The position numbers and the translations under genes are program-made. The notes beneath the pieces are model-generated. The model did no database searches. It worked only from the letters and a program-made list of their open reading frames with translations, and was not told the origin of the DNA. Of a stretch of 32,000 nucleotides of DNA, positions 27,698-32,000 are shown piece after piece. Source of the DNA: Pseudidiomarina andamanensis (GTDB taxonomy: Bacteria > Pseudomonadota > Gammaproteobacteria > Enterobacterales > Alteromonadaceae); NCBI RefSeq assembly GCF_009734345.1, contig NZ_CP032551.1, positions 510,001 through 542,000 of the forward strand, in the 5' to 3' direction. Each line of letters opens with the position of its first letter. The stretch's first letter is position 1.

Positions 27698-29248
27698 ATG
27701 CGTTTGGAAATAACCTGCGATGACCGTCTGGGTATTGCTCAAGACGTGCTACAGATATTGCGTGACCACGAAATCGATCTGCGTGGTATTGAAGTCGATC
27801 CGAAAGGTAAAATTTTCCTGAACTTTCCGGAGTTAGAATTTAAAGATTTTCAGCATTTAATGCCGGAAATTCGACGTATTCCGAACGTGAAAGACGTTAA
27901 AACCATCGCAATTATGCCCTCTGAACGCGAGCATTTTGAATTTAAACTGCTATTGAGCAAGCTTCCAGATCCCATTCTATCGGTTGATAGTCGCGGCATG
28001 ATCGATATTGCCAACGATGCGGCGCAACAGGTATTGAGTGATAATCGAACTGAACTTGTAGGCACACTTATTGGCCAATGGTTAAGTGGTTTTGCAGTGC
28101 AGCGTTGGCTTGAAAAACAACCAACCGAACCAACTGTTCAACAGATAAGCGCTGGTGGTTCGAAGTATTTTGCCGATTTATTGCCAATTTGGGTTGCCGA
28201 TGACGCCGGGAAAAATGGTTTTGCTGGCGCGGTAATTACCTGCAAACCGCAACCATTGGTTGAACAGTGGCAGCGCGGTGGTAATCACAATGTGTTCAAA
28301 CAGATTCTGGGAGAGCACAGCAGCATGAAACGCTTGGTTAAAGAAGCTGCACGCATGGCTGAGCTGAATGTGCCTCTGCTAATTCAAGGTGAAACCGGCG
28401 TGGGTAAAGAATTACTTGCGCGAGCCTGTCATCAAGCCAGCCATCGCGCAGATAAACCATTTCTAGCAATTAACTGTGCCGCATTGCCGGACAATGTGGC
28501 GGAAAGCGAATTATTTGGCCACGGTAAAGGCAGTCTGGGCCCTTACACCGAGGCCAAAAAGGGTATTTTTGAGCAAGCGAACGGCGGTACTGTGTTGCTG
28601 GATGCTGTGGGTGAAATGTCGAATGGTTTGCAGGCGAAGTTATTGCGATTTATTCAAGATGGACGTTTCCGTCGCATTGGTGAAGAGCAAGAAGTGACAG
28701 TTGATGTACGGATTATCTGCTCAGCTCAAGACGACCTAATCGAACGGGTTGAAGCAGGGACATTTCGCGAAGATTTATTTTATCGCCTTAATGTGTTGAC
28801 GCTTCAAGTACCGTCTTTACGCGAACGCAGGTCGGATATCAGCTTATTAACCGACCATTTTACCGTGCAAGCATGTCAGCGCTTAGGTCGTAGTTTGGTG
28901 ATGGTCACTCGTGCGGCGCGCGATGCTTTGCAGCGGTATCAATGGCCAGGCAACGTTCGCCAACTTGAAAACGTCCTGTTTCGTTCTATTTCAATGTCGG
29001 AAGGCGATACCCTCGATATCGGCGATATCCACCTTCCAGGTGCGGAGAGTTTACAGGAAAATGTGGCGGTTGATCTCGAAGAAGGAAGTTTGGACGAAGC
29101 CGTTAAAAAGTTCGAGGCAACGATTCTTCGCCGATTATATCCGAGTTATCCGAGTACGCGGCAGTTGGCGAAGAAGTTGGGGTTATCGCATACAGCGGTA
29201 GCGAATAAACTGCGCGACTATGGTATCGGCAAAACCCGCAAGCGTTGA
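27698..29248 (+). CDS. tyrR: Aromatic amino-acid transcriptional regulator TyrR/PhhR (ACT-PAS-AAA+-HTH)
   Basis: MRLEITCDDRLGIAQDVLQIL..IDLRGIEVDP.GKIFLNF is collinear with E. coli TyrR (MRLEVFCEDRLGLTRELLDLL). Walker A is GETGVGKE. The C-terminus is YPSTRQLAKKLGLSHTAVANKLRDYGI. The position of the sigma-54-contacting GAFTGA loop reads ELFGHGKGSLGPYTEAKKG, so there is no GAFTGA, as in E. coli TyrR. The start is ATG at 27698. Confidence 0.95.
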   Translation: MRLEITCDDRLGIAQDVLQILRDHEIDLRGIEVDPKGKIFLNFPELEFKDFQHLMPEIRRIPNVKDVKTIAIMPSEREHFEFKLLLSKLPDPILSVDSRGMIDIANDAAQQVLSDNRTELVGTLIGQWLSGFAVQRWLEKQPTEPTVQQISAGGSKYFADLLPIWVADDAGKNGFAGAVITCKPQPLVEQWQRGGNHNVFKQILGEHSSMKRLVKEAARMAELNVPLLIQGETGVGKELLARACHQASHRADKPFLAINCAALPDNVAESELFGHGKGSLGPYTEAKKGIFEQANGGTVLLDAVGEMSNGLQAKLLRFIQDGRFRRIGEEQEVTVDVRIICSAQDDLIERVEAGTFREDLFYRLNVLTLQVPSLRERRSDISLLTDHFTVQACQRLGRSLVMVTRAARDALQRYQWPGNVRQLENVLFRSISMSEGDTLDIGDIHLPGAESLQENVAVDLEEGSLDEAVKKFEATILRRLYPSYPSTRQLAKKLGLSHTAVANKLRDYGIGKTRKR

Positions 29249-29250
29249 AA

Positions 29251-29274
29251 GCGTTATTCGTTATTGGTTATTCG
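29251..29274. repeat. Inverted copy (three units) of the downstream heptamer array
   Basis: GCGTTATTCGTTATTGGTTATTCG is the reverse complement of CGAATAACGAATAACGAATAACGC (29447-29470) at 23 of 24 positions. It begins 3 nt after the tyrR stop. Confidence 0.85.
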
Positions 29275-29310
29275 AAAAGACAAAAGCAATAACGTGTTTC
29301 GTTGTTCGTG

Positions 29311-29342
29311 CGCTTTGCTGTTCGTCCGCTTCGCTGTTCGGT
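29311..29342. repeat. Tandem 16-bp direct repeat (about 2 copies plus a partial copy upstream)
   Basis: CGCTTTGCTGTTCGTC (29311-26) and CGCTTCGCTGTTCGGT (29327-42) match at 13 of 16 positions. A related TTCGTTGTTCGTG lies at 29298-29310. Confidence 0.7.
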
Positions 29343-29415
29343 AAATCCAAATGCTCTCATTTTCGGAATTTCTTTTGCTGCAAGGAACTTGCGTTTTTTG
29401 CCTTGACCTTATTTT

Positions 29416-29470
29416 TAACGAATAACGAATAACGAATAACGAATAACGAATAACGAATAACGAATAACGC
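29416..29470. repeat. Heptanucleotide microsatellite (CGAATAA), 7 perfect units plus partial units
   Basis: Perfect units occupy 29419-25, 26-32, 33-39, 40-46, 47-53, 54-60 and 61-67. They are flanked in phase by TAA (29416-18) and CG (29468-69). A further single CGAATAACG occurs at 29703-29711, just before the hppD Shine-Dalgarno. Confidence 0.95.
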
Positions 29471-29473
29471 TGT

Positions 29474-29491
29474 TGTATTCTTTTCTTTACA
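29474..29491. promoter_or_regulatory. TyrR box A upstream of hppD
   Basis: TGTATT-CTTTTC-TTTACA matches the consensus at 10 of 12 positions. It starts 4 nt after the heptamer array. Confidence 0.6.
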
Positions 29492-29505
29492 GCGATTCTG
29501 GCTTC

Positions 29506-29523
29506 TGTAATGAAATCATGACA
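29506..29523. promoter_or_regulatory. TyrR box B upstream of hppD
   Basis: TGTAAT-GAAATC-ATGACA matches at 9 of 12 positions with G-N14-C kept. Its centre is 32 bp (about 3 helical turns) from box A. Confidence 0.5.
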
Positions 29524-29555
29524 GCTTTACCTCTACATGCCAGCCTTTCTTGATC

Positions 29556-29573
29556 TGTATCAATTAGTTTACA
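29556..29573. promoter_or_regulatory. TyrR box C upstream of hppD
   Basis: TGTATC-AATTAG-TTTACA matches at 10 of 12 positions. It lies about 150 nt upstream of the hppD ATG. Confidence 0.6.
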
Positions 29574-29719
29574 CCTTGCTGTTTTTCTGTGCGGCCAGCG
29601 GATGTGGGTGCTGGGCTAGCGATTCACCGCGTCTATGCGCATAGTAGTATCGATTCATTCTTTGTTGTGCGTCATTTTAATTAGAAGAGAACGCACTATT
29701 TTCGAATAACGAGGACACT

Positions 29720-30784
29720 ATGACTGATATTAACTACAACCCATTACAAACAGACGGTTTTGAATTCGTTGAATACTCAGCGCCAGATGCAAACGGTATT
29801 GCGGCATTAAAAGATTTGTTCACGAAGCTTGGCTTTACTGAAGTTGCAAAACACAAAACCAAAGAAGCTTGGTTGTTCAAACAGAACGACATTAATTTCA
29901 TTGTGAACGCTGAAACCGGTGGTCAAGCTGAAGAGTTTGCGAAGGCGCACGGTCCTAGCGTTTGCGGTATGGCGTGGCGTGTGAAAGATGCGAAACATGC
30001 ATTTGACCATGCTGTGGCTAATGGTGCGAAGCCATTCCAGCGTCACACGGCAGCAGGCGAGGAAGAGTTTCCCGCGGTGTATGGTATCGGTGAAAGCGTG
30101 CTGTACTTCGTTGATAAAGATATTTACACCAACGACTTTGACTTCTATGACAACTGGGAAGCGAAGATGAAAGATCACGCGGCTGGTTTGTATGAAGTTG
30201 ATCATCTAACTCATAACGTATTCCGCGGCAACATGGATACTTGGGCTGGCTTCTATGAGCGCATTGGTAACTTCCGTGAAATCCGCTATTTCGATATCGA
30301 AGGTAAATTGACTGGCTTGTTGAGCCGTGCGATGACTGCGCCATGCGGTAAGATTCGCATTCCAATTAACGAGTCGCACGATGACAAATCACAAATTGAA
30401 GAATACTTGCGTGAGTATAACGGCGAAGGCATTCAGCACATCGCGTTAACCTCTGACGACATCTACAAAACTGTACGTGACTTGCGCGCTATCGGTATGG
30501 ATTTCATGCCAACGCCTGATACTTACTACGCGAAGATTGATGAGCGTGTAGAAGGTCACGAAGAGAATGTTGATGAATTACGTGAGTTGCAGATTTTGAT
30601 TGATGGGGCGCCAATGAAAGACGGTATTCTGCTACAAATTTTCACGCAAACCGTGATTGGCCCGGTATTCTTCGAAATTATTCAACGCAAAGGCAACGAA
30701 GGCTTTGGTGAAGGTAATTTCAAAGCTTTATTTGAATCAATTGAAGAAGATCAAATCCGTCGTGGAGTATTAAGCGATGCGTAA
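29720..30784 (+). CDS. hppD: 4-hydroxyphenylpyruvate dioxygenase
   Basis: 354 aa, a two-module VOC fold. The N-terminus is NPLQTDGFEFVEYSAPD; GIQHIAL is present; the highly conserved C-terminus is LLQIFT...GPVFFEIIQRKG..GFGEGNFKALFESIEEDQIRRGVL. GAGGA Shine-Dalgarno. Confidence 0.95.
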   Translation: MTDINYNPLQTDGFEFVEYSAPDANGIAALKDLFTKLGFTEVAKHKTKEAWLFKQNDINFIVNAETGGQAEEFAKAHGPSVCGMAWRVKDAKHAFDHAVANGAKPFQRHTAAGEEEFPAVYGIGESVLYFVDKDIYTNDFDFYDNWEAKMKDHAAGLYEVDHLTHNVFRGNMDTWAGFYERIGNFREIRYFDIEGKLTGLLSRAMTAPCGKIRIPINESHDDKSQIEEYLREYNGEGIQHIALTSDDIYKTVRDLRAIGMDFMPTPDTYYAKIDERVEGHEENVDELRELQILIDGAPMKDGILLQIFTQTVIGPVFFEIIQRKGNEGFGEGNFKALFESIEEDQIRRGVLSDA

Positions 30785-31922
30785 ATGGATTAGCTTTCCG
30801 AAACAAGTTGGTGTGGCCTCGAAGCAGGCTCACGCTGATTTTCCGGAGCAAGCGATCTTTGAACGCGAAGTAGGGCGTAGTGGTTTCTTTGGTCCCGCAA
30901 CGCACTTTCATCATCGCCATGCTCCAACGGGTTGGAGTAATTGGGAAGGCGAGTTACGTCCGCGTAACTTCGACTTCAACAAACTTGATAACGTTGCCAC
31001 AGAATCACCGTGGCAAGTACCAATGTTGCTGCATAACGCCCAGTGTAAATTTCGCATTTGGCATTGCTATGAGCGTATGGACTTTTTAGTTCGTAATGCC
31101 GACGGCGATGAATTGCTGTTTATTCATGAAGGGCGTGGCGAGCTGTTTTGCGATTATGGTCACATCACACTCGAGAAAGGGGATTATTTCGCGATTCCGC
31201 GTTCAACTTCATGGCGCATTGAGCCGCTTGAACCGATGCAAATCGTGATGATTGAGGCGACCAACAGCGCTTATCAGTTACCAGAGAAAGGTCTGGTTGG
31301 TAATCATGCGATCTTTGATCCGGCCTGTCTTGACACACCAGATATCGATGCGGCGTTTAAAGCGCAATACAGCGAAGATAGCTGGCAGGTTCAAGTGAAG
31401 CGTCATGGCAAAATTTCAGTGATTACCTATCCATTTAATCCGCTTGATGCCATTGGCTGGCACGGTGATTTAGCGCCAGTTCGGATTAATTGGCGCGATA
31501 TTCGTCCGCTAATGAGCCACCGTTATCATTTACCTCCGTCAGCGCATACAACATTTGTAGCTGATGGCTTTGTGGTGTGCACATTTGTACCGCGCCCAAT
31601 TGAGTCTGATCCAGGTGCGTTAAAAGTACCGTTTTACCACAATAACGATGATTACGATGAAGTGTTGTTCTACCATGAAGGTGATTTCTTCAGTCGTGAT
31701 AACATCGACAAAGGTATGGTAACCTTCCATCCAGCCGGATTCACGCACGGGCCGCATCCGAAGGCATTTCAGGCAGGTTTAGAGTATCGTAAAAAGTTCA
31801 CCGACGAAGTTGCGGTGATGCTGGATACTCGCAATGCGCTAGAAATGGGCGATGTTTGCGCCAGCGTAGAAAATCCTGATTACGTAAATAGCTGGAAAGC
31901 TAAAGACGACAATAAGGCATAA
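30777..31922 (+). CDS. hmgA: Homogentisate 1,2-dioxygenase, short (about 380 aa) cupin-type form found in Vibrio/Shewanella-like hmg clusters
   Basis: 381 aa. Its position directly after hppD and before a FAH-family gene mirrors the Vibrio cholerae-type hppD-hmgA-fah-maiA cluster, by my recollection. The ATG overlaps the hppD 3' end by 8 nt. The assignment rests on context plus remembered similarity and is weaker than for the other genes. Confidence 0.75.
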   Translation: MRKWISFPKQVGVASKQAHADFPEQAIFEREVGRSGFFGPATHFHHRHAPTGWSNWEGELRPRNFDFNKLDNVATESPWQVPMLLHNAQCKFRIWHCYERMDFLVRNADGDELLFIHEGRGELFCDYGHITLEKGDYFAIPRSTSWRIEPLEPMQIVMIEATNSAYQLPEKGLVGNHAIFDPACLDTPDIDAAFKAQYSEDSWQVQVKRHGKISVITYPFNPLDAIGWHGDLAPVRINWRDIRPLMSHRYHLPPSAHTTFVADGFVVCTFVPRPIESDPGALKVPFYHNNDDYDEVLFYHEGDFFSRDNIDKGMVTFHPAGFTHGPHPKAFQAGLEYRKKFTDEVAVMLDTRNALEMGDVCASVENPDYVNSWKAKDDNKA

Positions 31923-31928
31923 CGATTT

Positions 31929-32000
31929 ATGAAGTTTGCAACGTATCGAAATGGAACCCGTGACGGCCAATTAATGTTGGTCAGTCGCGATTTAAAGAAA
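31929..32000 (+). CDS. Probable fumarylacetoacetate hydrolase-family protein; N-terminal 24 codons only, continues beyond the window
   Basis: The ATG lies 6 nt after the hmgA stop. MKFATYRNGTRDGQLMLVSRDLKK resembles the N-termini of FAH-family proteins encoded in hmg clusters. The fragment is too short for certainty. Confidence 0.55.
   Translation, partial: MKFATYRNGTRDGQLMLVSRDLKK

Noticed and set aside
29220-29432. A 70-aa ORF spanning the tyrR 3' end and the repeat element.
   Set aside because: It starts inside tyrR in another frame, has no Shine-Dalgarno, and its translation is Cys/Phe-rich low-complexity sequence generated by the TTCG repeats. It terminates on a TAA inside the heptamer array. 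It is an artefact of the repeats.
29416-29470. The heptamer array interpreted as a CRISPR array or as a phase-variation switch for hppD.
   Set aside because: It is not CRISPR: the units are 7 bp, contiguous, without spacers, and there are no cas genes. A classical promoter-spacing switch is unlikely because the tract lies upstream of all three TyrR boxes and the candidate promoter. Unit gain or loss would therefore not change the box-to-promoter or -35/-10 spacing. It is also not within a coding region. Copy-number variability itself remains worth testing (see findings).

Overview
This is a core-chromosome window from a gammaproteobacterium. Gene order resembles the Alteromonadales/Vibrionales version of the E. 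coli eno...ftsB-ispDF-truD-surE-pcm-nlpD-rpoS / mutS / pncC-recA neighbourhood; that placement is inference from synteny and protein similarity. Coding is dense and almost every ORF is a recognisable housekeeping gene. In order: pyrG (3' part), eno, one orphan ORF, and a TauE/SafE permease. Next is a tightly overlapping string, ftsB-ispD-ispF-truD-surE-pcm-yqaA-like-nlpD-rpoS, with mutS convergent to it. pncC and recA follow, with a textbook LexA box, and then a patatin-like lipase. A minus-strand string follows, pspF-sapABCDF-putP, with 1-23 nt overlaps at all but the sapF/putP junction (4-nt gap). Divergent from it is pspABC, driven by a clear sigma-54 promoter. The window ends with an aromatic amino-acid catabolic cluster: megL-phhA-phhB, tyrR, and hppD-hmgA plus the start of a FAH-family gene. 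I found consensus-like TyrR boxes for this cluster. I saw no tRNA or rRNA gene, CRISPR array, integrase, transposase, toxin-antitoxin pair or recognisable defence gene. I cannot honestly point to a novel multi-gene system here. The least ordinary item is non-coding: a hairpin-capable intergenic repeat family with 7-bp-periodic arms. It includes a (CGAATAA)x7.7 microsatellite between tyrR and hppD, and a related palindromic element fills the patatin/putP spacer. Lesser oddities are the orphan ORF at the eno-ftsB junction, a methionine gamma-lyase gene translationally coupled to phhA, a recX-less recA followed by a patatin gene with no terminator, and putP fused onto the sap operon.
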